From: a virus
Lineage: Duplodnaviria; Caudoviricetes
Direction: 5' to 3' (one strand)
Virus record (IMG/VR): IMGVR_UViG_3300032116_000646
Coordinates: 1 to 36,381 of that record
DNA: 36,381 nucleotides
The translations under genes were made by a program, and so were the position numbers. Shown in pieces: positions 1 to 6,963 of this stretch (position 1 is its first letter; every line of letters begins with the position of its first letter). Below the pieces are notes generated by a model. That model was not told where the DNA came from, ran no database searches, and worked only from the letters and a program-made list of their open reading frames with translations.

Positions 1-107
1 CGAAAACGGCAGAGGACCACGCCAAGGCTGGCCACTCGCGGCGGGCCTATACCAAGCACACCGTCCCCGGCGAGTTCCGGCGGTCTAAATCATGGGGCTG
101 GCGATGA
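1..107 (+). CDS. 3' end of a partial CDS, possibly the C-terminus of a phage HNH-type protein
   Basis: Frame from nt 3 reads KTAEDHAKAGHSRRAYTKHTVPGEFRRSKSWGWR*. Its TGA (105-107) overlaps the next ATG (104-106). KTAED resembles the tail of small phage HNH proteins. Confidence 0.45.
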   Translation, partial: KTAEDHAKAGHSRRAYTKHTVPGEFRRSKSWGWR

Positions 108-292
108 CCCACCGGCTATGGACAATTCAGGAAGTCGCCGAGCACCTCCGCTGCTCCCCCCGCCATGTGCGCAACCTTAAGATTCCTATCGTCAGAATCG
201 ACCGGCGGCGGCTGTATGATCCCCGAGACGTGGAGTTGCATATTCAGGGGGCTAAATGTCTCTCTTCAAAAGGCCGGGGTCTCGTGGCATGA
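104..292 (+). CDS. Excisionase-like winged-HTH DNA-binding protein (62 aa)
   Basis: LWTIQEVAEHLRCSPRHVRNL...IPIVRIDRRRLYDPRDVE matches the Xis/HTH_17 pattern. ATGA-coupled to the upstream ORF. Confidence 0.8.
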   Translation: MTHRLWTIQEVAEHLRCSPRHVRNLKIPIVRIDRRRLYDPRDVELHIQGAKCLSSKGRGLVA

Positions 293-594
293 ACAGGAAC
301 GGACAGGCCGTGAACGAATCTCGAAATTCCCCAGCACCGACTCCCAGCAGCGACACGGCCACCATGTTACGCCCTTGGATCATTGAGGTTGACGGTCGCA
401 CCGTCGAATTGCGGGCGTCTGGACCGTACAAGGCCAGATCCGCCAACGATCAAACGGACGACTGGCCGGCTTGGTATGTGACGGACAGCGGGGGGCGACG
501 AAATGTTGCCGGCTTTGGTCGCGGTGCGGTGCTGTGTGATCGGGAGTTTGCGGAGCGGGTTGCGGCGGTTGCCAACGAAAAAGCCCGGCGCTGA
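289..594 (+). CDS. Hypothetical protein (~101 aa; alternative in-frame start at 256)
   Basis: ATG 289 overlaps the Xis-like stop (ATGA). Globular-looking C-terminal half (DDWPAWYVTD...REFAERVAAVAN). Confidence 0.6.
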   Translation: MNRNGQAVNESRNSPAPTPSSDTATMLRPWIIEVDGRTVELRASGPYKARSANDQTDDWPAWYVTDSGGRRNVAGFGRGAVLCDREFAERVAAVANEKARR

Positions 595-603
595 TGCCGG
601 GCT
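578..603 (-). terminator. Rho-independent terminator for the minus-strand unit ending at 626
   Basis: 8-bp stem AGCCCGGC (582-589)/GCCGGGCT (596-603), 6-nt loop, A-run 578-582 giving a U-tract on the minus strand. Lies between convergent genes. Confidence 0.7.
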
Positions 604-625
604 GTGTAGGTAGGTGGCCCTCGCT

Positions 626-796
626 TTATAGCTTCGCGCGGCGGGTAATCCGCCGGGCTCGCTTCTGCGCCTTTCGCGCGGCCTTCTTTTTGGCGTCTGC
701 CTGTTTCGACCGGCCATTTGCCGCGCTTCCGTAGTAAGCCGGGCTGTCGAGGCTCATGGCAGCGAGCGCAGCGCCAATGCCAATCTTTGCAATCAT
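626..796 (-). CDS. Small basic hypothetical protein (56 aa)
   Basis: AGGAG SD upstream of ATG 796. Hydrophobic N-terminus (IGIGAALAAM) and Lys/Arg-rich C-terminus. Confidence 0.6.
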   Translation of the reverse strand: MIAKIGIGAALAAMSLDSPAYYGSAANGRSKQADAKKKAARKAQKRARRITRRAKL

Positions 797-810
797 CCTC
801 GGTCTCCTGA

Positions 811-978
811 TCACTCGTCGATTAGAGCCATAATGGCCCGCGCGATAGCAGCGCCTACTGCGGGCTCACCAAGTCGATCCGCTTCCTTCTGCGCAACGGC
901 TGCGGCTTCGCGAATGGCCCTGCGCCGATCCTCGGCGCCGGCTTTCAAAAGTGACGTACATTCGATCATCGCTCGCAT
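811..978 (-). CDS. Small helical hypothetical protein (55 aa; below the ORF-track cutoff)
   Basis: Hand translation MRAMIECTSLLKAGAEDRRRAIREAAAVAQKEADRLGEPAVGAAIARAIMALIDE*. AGGAAAGG upstream of ATG 978. Confidence 0.6.
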   Translation of the reverse strand: MRAMIECTSLLKAGAEDRRRAIREAAAVAQKEADRLGEPAVGAAIARAIMALIDE

Positions 979-982
979 TTCC

Positions 983-1231
983 GGCCTTTCCTGTGGTTTG
1001 GCAGACTACTGTGAAGGGCAGGCCGGGCGCTACTCCGGCTATGCGGGCAATAGGCGTGGGCTCGACGCCTCGTTTTGGTAACTGCTGCATGCGGGGGGCT
1101 GTGGTTTTCCACCACGAAGCCGTTGGTTAGGCGCCCCCATTACCCCAAGCAGTCTCTTGCTCCGCTGATTAACGGGTCTGCTTTCCCCGTCGCTGCCCAT
1201 CGCAGTAGTCTGGCCTTTCCTCTGATCTGGC
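983..1231. ncRNA. Candidate structured ncRNA/leader or MITE-like element
   Basis: 20-nt inverted repeat 1002-1021/1193-1212 (18 Watson-Crick pairs, 1 G-U, 1 mismatch) enclosing several hairpins. Flanked by 17/20 direct repeats GGCCTTTCCTSTGRTYTGGC (983-1002, 1212-1231). No convincing ORF. Confidence 0.55.
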
Positions 1232-1293
1232 CGCGTTGCATTTCTGCGGCGCTAACCACTTCTCCACTTATTGATTGCACGTCGCGCTTGCGC

Positions 1294-1348
1294 TGTCAAC
1301 AAGTGTGCGCACATGCGTTGACATTTGCACAGCAGTATGGTCTATGGT
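1294..1348. promoter_or_regulatory. Divergent promoter/operator palindrome with back-to-back TTGACA boxes
   Basis: TGTCAAC-aag-TGTGCGCACA-tgc-GTTGACA (1294-1323) is a concentric palindrome between divergent gene sets. TATGGT at 1336 and 1343 precedes the RHH gene. Confidence 0.65.
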
Positions 1349-1361
1349 TCACATGCAAGAC

Positions 1362-1532
1362 ATGAGACTCAGAAAACCGATTAACATCACCGTCGACCCG
1401 GACATCATGGCCGCGCTTGACGCCTGGATCGAGCAGCAGCCCATAAAGCTGTCGCGCTCGGCGTGCATTGAAACCGCCATTGCGGAGTTCATGGAAAAGC
1501 GCGCGAAGCCGGAGAAGAAGGCCCGTGGCTAG
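1362..1532 (+). CDS. Ribbon-helix-helix (CopG/Arc-like) transcriptional regulator
   Basis: RKPINITVDPDIMAALDAW...LSRSACIETAIAEF is a canonical RHH pattern. Start could be 1353. Confidence 0.8.
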   Translation: MRLRKPINITVDPDIMAALDAWIEQQPIKLSRSACIETAIAEFMEKRAKPEKKARG

Positions 1533-1980
1533 GAAAACCCCAGTCCCGAAGGCCGCCTACGTTTATGTCGCCCGTGATGGGGCTGGCATCTACAAGATCG
1601 GCGCAACTTGCAACCCCGAGCGTCGGGCGCTTGACCTTGGGTATGGAGACTCGTGGGTCACTCGGCCGGTCACGATTGTTGCCAAGTGGCATCGCCCGAA
1701 CGATGCGCGGGCCGTAGAGCAGACGGCGTTACGGCTGATGGAGGCCGAGCCGGTGCGTGGGCTGGAATGGTTTTCCGTAGATAGCGCCATCGTTTTGGAG
1801 ACGGTCGCCATGGCCATCGTCCTTGTAGACAATGGTCGCAGACTTAAGCAACAGGTGTCCGTGCGGCGCTGGCGCCGGGAGAGAATGACGGTGCGAGCGA
1901 TTGCCGAACGGGTGAAAGATGAGTTTGGCGTGGCCGTCAGCCACACCACAATTGCGAACTATACGAAGACAAAACGATAG
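1525..1980 (+). CDS. GIY-YIG (T5orf172-like) nuclease-domain protein with C-terminal HTH
   Basis: YVYVARD...YKIGATCNPERR...E...GLEWF motifs. Tail MTVRAIAERVKDEFGVAVSHTTIANY is HTH-like. GTG 1525 overlaps the RHH end. Confidence 0.75.
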   Translation: MARKTPVPKAAYVYVARDGAGIYKIGATCNPERRALDLGYGDSWVTRPVTIVAKWHRPNDARAVEQTALRLMEAEPVRGLEWFSVDSAIVLETVAMAIVLVDNGRRLKQQVSVRRWRRERMTVRAIAERVKDEFGVAVSHTTIANYTKTKR

Positions 1981-1985
1981 GAGGC

Positions 1986-2168
1986 GTGGCTTTGGACAAT
2001 CTCGGAGCTTGGATGCTGGTCGCCGCAATCGTCTCTGTGTTTTGGCTTGCCATCCACACCACACCATCCGCGCCACATCAATGCCAAGTTCGCGGCGGGA
2101 CCAAGGTCCGCCTACATGCAGGCGGATGGGTTTGTATCAAACCTGACGCAATCGAAACGTTTAAATAA
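1986..2168 (+). CDS. Small membrane-anchored hypothetical protein (60 aa)
   Basis: AGGAGG SD, N-terminal TM (WMLVAAIVSVFWLAI), Cys pair in the soluble part. Confidence 0.65.
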   Translation: MALDNLGAWMLVAAIVSVFWLAIHTTPSAPHQCQVRGGTKVRLHAGGWVCIKPDAIETFK

Positions 2169-2178
2169 GGAGACTGAC

Positions 2179-2490
2179 GTGCGATTTGACGCTCTGGTGC
2201 GGTATTGGATGAAGAAGCCCGACAGGACGCCGAGGATCGCGCAGGCGGACTGGAGCCGAAGGCTGGCGAAGCGCTTAAAGATTATCAGTCAGTTTCGTCG
2301 TTCCAACCGGCTCCGAGTCTTGGAAGGGAAGCGGTTTGGCACTAGGCCGCTCTGGCGGAAGTCGTGGTCGGACAAACGGGTTTATCTGCTGGCCCGGCAA
2401 GAGTTCCGATGTCAGCCCCGCTTGCTGTCAAAGCAGCAAGGCATGTCGGGCATCCGCCCGGTCAATCGACCGAAGCGCAGCGCACAATAA
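2179..2490 (+). CDS. Arg/Lys-rich hypothetical protein (~103 aa)
   Basis: AAGGAG SD before GTG 2179. Fits the operon spacing. Confidence 0.5.
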   Translation: MRFDALVRYWMKKPDRTPRIAQADWSRRLAKRLKIISQFRRSNRLRVLEGKRFGTRPLWRKSWSDKRVYLLARQEFRCQPRLLSKQQGMSGIRPVNRPKRSAQ

Positions 2491-2501
2491 AGGAGACGAC
2501 G

Positions 2502-2735
2502 ATGATCCTGGCGGGCCGGCGTTCTAGCGATGATGGTCAATGCGGCTGCTCCCGGTGTTGGCATGATCGCCGAGCCGCAATGGATGAAGCGGCGATGAGC
2601 GCAGCCGAGCAGTTTGTTCGCCCGTTCATTGTCTGCGATCTGTGCGGCAACAAGCGATGCCCGCACGCTACGGACCACCGATTGACGTGCACGCGAAGCA
2701 ATGAGCCGGGACAGTCCGGCAGCGAATACCAATAG
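2502..2735 (+). CDS. Cys-rich putative Zn-binding phage protein (77 aa)
   Basis: AAGGAG SD. CGCSRC and CDLCGNKRCPHATDHRLTC motifs. Confidence 0.75.
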   Translation: MILAGRRSSDDGQCGCSRCWHDRRAAMDEAAMSAAEQFVRPFIVCDLCGNKRCPHATDHRLTCTRSNEPGQSGSEYQ

Positions 2736-2748
2736 GGGAGAGATTGAA

Positions 2749-2988
2749 ATGATGAGCATGGGGGCTTGGGCGGTGCTCAAGCAGCTAAAACAAGGCGGCG
2801 TGTGGGATGGCGACCTGATCGACAAGGCCGGACGCACAGAATTAATCAACCGCGGTCTCGCACGTCGCGACCGGAAATTTGAGGACGGCCCGTATGCCGG
2901 GTGTCAGATCAACGAACTGACGGACGATGGCGCGGCGCTTGCGGCGGTCTGCATCGATCTCGACCAGAAGTTTGGCGCTGTTCAGTAG
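2749..2988 (+). CDS. Hypothetical protein, winged-helix-like (79 aa)
   Basis: GGGGAG SD. LKQLKQGGVWDGDLIDKAGRTELINRGLA...ELTDDG pattern. Confidence 0.65.
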   Translation: MMSMGAWAVLKQLKQGGVWDGDLIDKAGRTELINRGLARRDRKFEDGPYAGCQINELTDDGAALAAVCIDLDQKFGAVQ

Positions 2989-3001
2989 GGGAGGCGTGGC
3001 C

Positions 3002-3262
3002 GTGCCGACAATCAGTCAAGCAGATCGCGAAACCGCCATCCGCATTCTCGGTGCTGCGGACGGGTTCGCCAAAGCGCTGCTTTGCGTGCAGCGACAGATC
3101 GACCACGTGATGTCCAAGTCGATCCCCGAGCACCACACACAGAAACTCGCGGCGCGCGACGCTCGGTTGCGTGACCTCATCGTCTTGCGTGACGTATTTG
3201 ATCGCCAGCAACATGAATGCCGGTCGGCATATAAGAGCCGGATGGCCGGCGCTGCACACTGA
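3002..3262 (+). CDS. Helical hypothetical protein (86 aa)
   Basis: GGGGAGG SD 7 nt upstream of GTG 3002. Confidence 0.55.
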   Translation: MPTISQADRETAIRILGAADGFAKALLCVQRQIDHVMSKSIPEHHTQKLAARDARLRDLIVLRDVFDRQQHECRSAYKSRMAGAAH

Positions 3263-3273
3263 AGGAGGCGACT

Positions 3274-3525
3274 ATGCGGTGGCGCGACACGAAGGTTGAG
3301 ACGCCAGAGAAGGACGGCAACGCTGTCCTCGCGCTCAGCAACCAAGGTGCGGCCATCGTCTGGTACGATCCAAGCCGGGGCGCTCAGTGGGTAGTTATGC
3401 ACCTGCCGGGTCGCGGCGTGACCGTCGCTGATAACCTGAGAGAATGGCATTCATGGTGCCCGGTCGGTGAGTGGCATCGGCAAACGAACGGATTGATAAA
3501 CCCGAGCTACTACGGGCGAAACTAA
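3274..3525 (+). CDS. Hypothetical phage protein (83 aa), Trp-rich, DUF551-like layout
   Basis: AAGGAGG SD. MRWRD..ETPEKDGNAVLA...W...HSWCP pattern. Confidence 0.65.
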   Translation: MRWRDTKVETPEKDGNAVLALSNQGAAIVWYDPSRGAQWVVMHLPGRGVTVADNLREWHSWCPVGEWHRQTNGLINPSYYGRN

Positions 3526-3532
3526 GGAGGGG

Positions 3533-3892
3533 ATGATGGGCGGCTTTGGCAGGTCGATCGTCTCAGTTATGTCTCGATACACAGACTATGCCGGGCGCTC
3601 AAGCCGCTCCGAGTTCCTGTGGTGGTGCTTGTTCTTAACGATCCCGACGATTCCGATTGAGTTCCTTTTTGACCGCGTGCTCGACAAGACGCCGTACTAT
3701 GTGGTGCTGGGCTTGATCTTCGGCTTCCCATCTCTTGCCCTCGGCACCCGGCGCCTGCACGACACCGGACGCACCGGCTGGTGGCAGTTGCTTGTGCTGG
3801 TCCCGTTCGGATTCATCGTCGTGTTCGTGATGTCGTGCATGCAGGGCCAGACTGGACCGAACCAATACGGCGACGAGCCTACATCCGACTGA
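3533..3892 (+). CDS. DUF805 (YhaH/YhaI-like) inner-membrane protein
   Basis: GRSSRSEFLWW...PSLALGTRRLHDTGRTGWWQLL..VP...GPNQYG, three TM segments, AAGGAGG SD. Confidence 0.9.
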   Translation: MMGGFGRSIVSVMSRYTDYAGRSSRSEFLWWCLFLTIPTIPIEFLFDRVLDKTPYYVVLGLIFGFPSLALGTRRLHDTGRTGWWQLLVLVPFGFIVVFVMSCMQGQTGPNQYGDEPTSD

Positions 3893-3965
3893 CAATCTGG
3901 AACGCCATAGCAGCAACCACCATGGCCACAGCAAGAAGCGAATGGAACACCATTCGGCTTTTCAT
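3879..3965 (-). CDS. 28-aa single-TM micropeptide at the end of the lysis cassette
   Basis: MKSRMVFHSLLAVAMVVAAMAFQIVSRM*. ATG (3965-3963) overlaps the upstream stop as ATGA. Confidence 0.4.
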   Translation of the reverse strand: MKSRMVFHSLLAVAMVVAAMAFQIVSRM

Positions 3966-4198
3966 TTGGTCGCCACTTTGATGAGAGCGTCCACGAGATT
4001 GTCTGATTTGATCACCGCGAGCGATGCCGTCGCGTATATTAAGCCCTGGACCGCACGCTCCAAATACGTGATCCGTTCGTGATGCTGACCAAGCGCTCTT
4101 TTCTGCTCCTCGGCGTGCATCTCGATCACCGTGATGCGGTGCTCGCGACTGATGTCGTTCGGCGAAGATGGCGGCTGCAACCCGTTCAATCCGGTCAT
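3962..4198 (-). CDS. Coiled-coil plus hydrophobic-tail protein, candidate holin/antiholin (78 aa)
   Basis: Starts immediately after the o-spanin stop. HHERITYLERAVQGLIYATASLAVI resembles XhlA-like lysis proteins. Confidence 0.5.
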   Translation of the reverse strand: MTGLNGLQPPSSPNDISREHRITVIEMHAEEQKRALGQHHERITYLERAVQGLIYATASLAVIKSDNLVDALIKVATK

Positions 4199-4444
4199 TC
4201 ATTGGTTCGCCTTCGCAATCTTTGTCTTGCAGTCGTCTTTGTAAATCGTCGGCTTGCCCGTGCTCAGCGTCGCGTGCACGCTGTTGTGCTCGATCACCTG
4301 CTTGCGTGTTTCCGGGGTATCAAGGCACGACCAGTTGATCGGCTTGAACGATTTGATCCCCGTGTCAGTCACGACGGGCGGGGTCGCGCATCCCGCCAGT
4401 GTCGCGGCGCACCCGATCGCGGACATCATCAGCTTTTTTGACAT
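4199..4444 (-). CDS. o-spanin (Rz1-like outer-membrane lipoprotein)
   Basis: Signal peptide with lipobox LAGC. Overlaps the 3' part of the i-spanin in another frame. Confidence 0.8.
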   Translation of the reverse strand: MSKKLMMSAIGCAATLAGCATPPVVTDTGIKSFKPINWSCLDTPETRKQVIEHNSVHATLSTGKPTIYKDDCKTKIAKANQ

Positions 4445-4598
4445 TTTGCTCGGCCTTCTTCTCGATCCTGGCGCGCTCTTTTTCTGCGCCCTTGCCCCGT
4501 TGATCGGCCGCGAACGCCGCGACAAGGCCGGCCACTCCTAGTGCCGTGATAACCCATCGGCCGATTGGCCCGATGATCCAGACCCACACTGCGCTCAT
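4365..4598 (-). CDS. i-spanin (Rz-like inner-membrane protein)
   Basis: N-terminal TM then charged helix (AEKERARIEKKAEQNVKKADDVRDRVRRD). ATGA-coupled to the endolysin. Confidence 0.75.
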   Translation of the reverse strand: MSAVWVWIIGPIGRWVITALGVAGLVAAFAADQRGKGAEKERARIEKKAEQNVKKADDVRDRVRRDTGGMRDPARRD

Positions 4599-5350
4599 GC
4601 TTGCCTCCATTTGGGCAACAGCCAAACGCCAACCACGATGGCAATCACCGCCAACACCAGAAGCGGTCGCGAAGTCACAAACCCGGAAAGACCGGAAAGC
4701 GTTTGCGCGAAGCCTTGCCAGCCCACGGCCGCACTGAGATCGGGAGCGGCTGGAATGCTGTTGACGACGGTCCCAATGGACGCCCCACCAGCCGCCCCAA
4801 CGGTTGCGACGGTGGCCGGTGCCGGGGGCGGGGAGCTTGGCTCAACACGTTGCGGCATGTTTGGCTCGCCGTCCGGGATGTCATCTTTTGCGTCCATCTC
4901 GAACAGAGCGCGTTCGGCCGCGCGACGCCGCACAAGGCCCTTGTAGATCTTGCCACCCGCCTTATTCCAGCGCTCAAACTCACGGGCCGCGCCGTCAAAA
5001 TCGCCGCTATTGAGCTTCTTCAGAAGCGTCGACTTCGGAAGCCCGCCCGTGTTGTACTGAAACGAGATCAAAGCGGATCGATTGTTTTCGCCGATCGGAA
5101 CGGTCACAACGCGATCCACGATCTCTGCATGCTTCTCAAGCTCGCGTGCCAAAGCCTCTTCGGCCGCATCCCGTGTCATGATCATGCCCTGCTTGATCCC
5201 CTCGGTGCAGCCAAACCCGATCGTCCAAACGGGTGGCTGCGCGAGCGTGTCAAGGTAAGCCATGCACGAGCCGTCAGGGAGTTGGGTATGATACCCTTCA
5301 AATGACTTTACCAGGTCGATGCACGCCCGCGGGATTGGTCGTTTTTGCAA
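4595..5350 (-). CDS. Endolysin, GH24 phage lysozyme with Pro-rich linker and C-terminal TM tail
   Basis: FEG...YLD...WTIGFG catalytic region, ALISFQYNTG, STLLKKLN, GLVRRRAAERALF. TTG start with AGGGAGAG SD. Confidence 0.92.
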   Translation of the reverse strand: MQKRPIPRACIDLVKSFEGYHTQLPDGSCMAYLDTLAQPPVWTIGFGCTEGIKQGMIMTRDAAEEALARELEKHAEIVDRVVTVPIGENNRSALISFQYNTGGLPKSTLLKKLNSGDFDGAAREFERWNKAGGKIYKGLVRRRAAERALFEMDAKDDIPDGEPNMPQRVEPSSPPPAPATVATVGAAGGASIGTVVNSIPAAPDLSAAVGWQGFAQTLSGLSGFVTSRPLLVLAVIAIVVGVWLLPKWRQA

Positions 5351-5489
5351 GTGTTCTCTCCCTTGTCAGGGTTTCACTTGTTACTGGTTTCATCCACAAA
5401 AAACACGCTCTTGAGATAACCTGACAAAGCAATTTCCATCGAACTCATCTACTATTGACCATTGGTCTTCGTTACATGCTGGAGGGTCA

Positions 5490-6044
5490 ATGGAACAATG
5501 GGCAGAAGTAACTTGGATTGAAGGTTACCGAGGTGTACTTGACGTTTCGTCTGTCGGACGAGTGCGTCGGCGCAGTTACAAATACGAAGCCCTAGGACGC
5601 TGGGGCAAAACTCACACAACAACCAAGCCAGACAAGATATTGTCGCCGTTCATTGACAATAACGGATACCCAACTATCGCGGCTCAGATTTCCGGACGCC
5701 GCAAGAAGTTCCTCGTTCACCGCTTGGTCGCTCGGGCCTTCGTCGAAGGATACGAAGAGGGCCTTACGGTAAACCATATTAACGGCATCAAGACAGATAA
5801 CAGAGTAGAGAACCTAGAATGGGTAACTTTGGCCGAGAATACGCAACACCAGTGGCGGACAGGCCTTGTGGATTTACGCGCCGACCTGAGCCCTAAGCGG
5901 AAACTATCATCGGGAGAAGTCAGAATTATCCGCAGAATGCTTTCGATGGGCGCGACAGCCGGGGAATTGGCAACCCTCTGTGGTGTAAGTTCCTCAACTA
6001 TTTACCTTATTCAGAAGGGCCACAGGTGGTCATCGGTCACTTAA
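5490..6044 (+). CDS. NUMOD4-HNH homing endonuclease with C-terminal HTH, antisense to the late operon
   Basis: EQW..V..IEGY..VSSVGRVR (NUMOD4-like), VHRLVARAF...VNHINGIKTDNRVENLEWVT (HNH). Visibly more AT-rich than flanks. Confidence 0.9.
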   Translation: MEQWAEVTWIEGYRGVLDVSSVGRVRRRSYKYEALGRWGKTHTTTKPDKILSPFIDNNGYPTIAAQISGRRKKFLVHRLVARAFVEGYEEGLTVNHINGIKTDNRVENLEWVTLAENTQHQWRTGLVDLRADLSPKRKLSSGEVRIIRRMLSMGATAGELATLCGVSSSTIYLIQKGHRWSSVT

Positions 6045-6079
6045 CGATCATCGTGCCTCCTTCTGCCGCATGGCTATTG

Positions 6080-6283
6080 TCATGCAGCCTCCGCCCGCTT
6101 GCGGTATTCGGCACTGACCATCTCAAGAAATTGCTCGATGCGCGTGATCCGCGCTTGCAACTGCGTAACCTCGTGATGCAGATCGGCCACCGCTTGCATC
6201 AGTTCGGTCGGCAATCGCTCCTGCACGATTTCGCGCGTGTGGCTGTTGGGCTTGCGTCTTCGCCACGATCTTACGTCGGCCAT
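6080..6283 (-). CDS. Small coiled-coil hypothetical protein (67 aa)
   Basis: GAGG SD, overlaps the upstream gene end, heptad pattern VADLHHEVTQLQARITRIEQFL. Confidence 0.65.
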   Translation of the reverse strand: MADVRSWRRRKPNSHTREIVQERLPTELMQAVADLHHEVTQLQARITRIEQFLEMVSAEYRKRAEAA

Positions 6284-6963
6284 GTCACGGCCTCATAAGC
6301 TGCCTGCGCTGCCGCCGCGTCCGTCGCCTGCTGGATCTGGCGCTTGGTCCCAAGACGCATGCGCTCGATGGCGCCGCTGATCGATGACCACGCTTCATAT
6401 TTATTGACAACGAGCGTTGCCGCCGCATGCAGCGTGTCGGCATCGATGCCGATCGAGGCGGCCAGCACTGGAAACTGTGCAATTGCGTCTGGCCCCGACA
6501 TTGCGTTGGCGGCCTCTTCGCCCAAGTCGAGCACAGCCAAAGCCTGATCGATTTTTTCTCGATAGGTGAGCCCCTGACCGGCGCCGCCCGTGATAAATCG
6601 TTGCCGCGCGCGCTCGGCATCCGCATCGATCCGCCGGATCAATTGCGCCTTCACATCGTCCAGGGCCGGGACATAGGGCGCCAGCGTCTCGCCGTCGTAG
6701 GCCCAGCCCATCTCGACCGGCAGGCTGGTCTCGACCAGGATGCAATCGATCGGGAATAGCGAGGATGGGTCGGTTGAAACCGAATTGACCCGCCCGTCCT
6801 TGACCTGGGCAAACGTAGTCCCCGGCAAGGGTTTGGCGTGCGCAATCGCATACCAGTCTGTGCCTTTGGGGTTCCGCAGATGCAGTGCCTTGGCGCGGAC
6901 ATGCGGATGATCCTCGGGCAGATCCGGCTGGTAGAGTTCAAAGCGTCCGTGATCGATCATCAT
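6271..6963 (-). CDS. Tail fibre assembly chaperone (Tfa-like)
   Basis: Directly follows the fibre gene. GTDWY...DPSSLFP...GWAYDG N-domain, then helical domain ending VTWP. Confidence 0.75.
   Translation of the reverse strand: MMIDHGRFELYQPDLPEDHPHVRAKALHLRNPKGTDWYAIAHAKPLPGTTFAQVKDGRVNSVSTDPSSLFPIDCILVETSLPVEMGWAYDGETLAPYVPALDDVKAQLIRRIDADAERARQRFITGGAGQGLTYREKIDQALAVLDLGEEAANAMSGPDAIAQFPVLAASIGIDADTLHAAATLVVNKYEAWSSISGAIERMRLGTKRQIQQATDAAAAQAAYEAVTWPT

Noticed and set aside
1002-1212. Retron msr-msd interpretation (terminal inverted repeats enclosing hairpins)
   Set aside because: No reverse transcriptase in the window and no long msd-type stem.
1205-1225. Minus-strand GAGGAAAGGCC resembles the RNase P RNA conserved 5' motif GAGGAAAGUCC
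   Set aside because: No matching 3' P4 strand or ACAGAA..CGGCUUA-type motif is present, and the element is too short.
5351-6079. Group I intron around the HNH gene (also considered for 26480-27155)
   Set aside because: Both HNH genes are intergenic and antisense, flanking genes are intact, and there is no room for an intron core.
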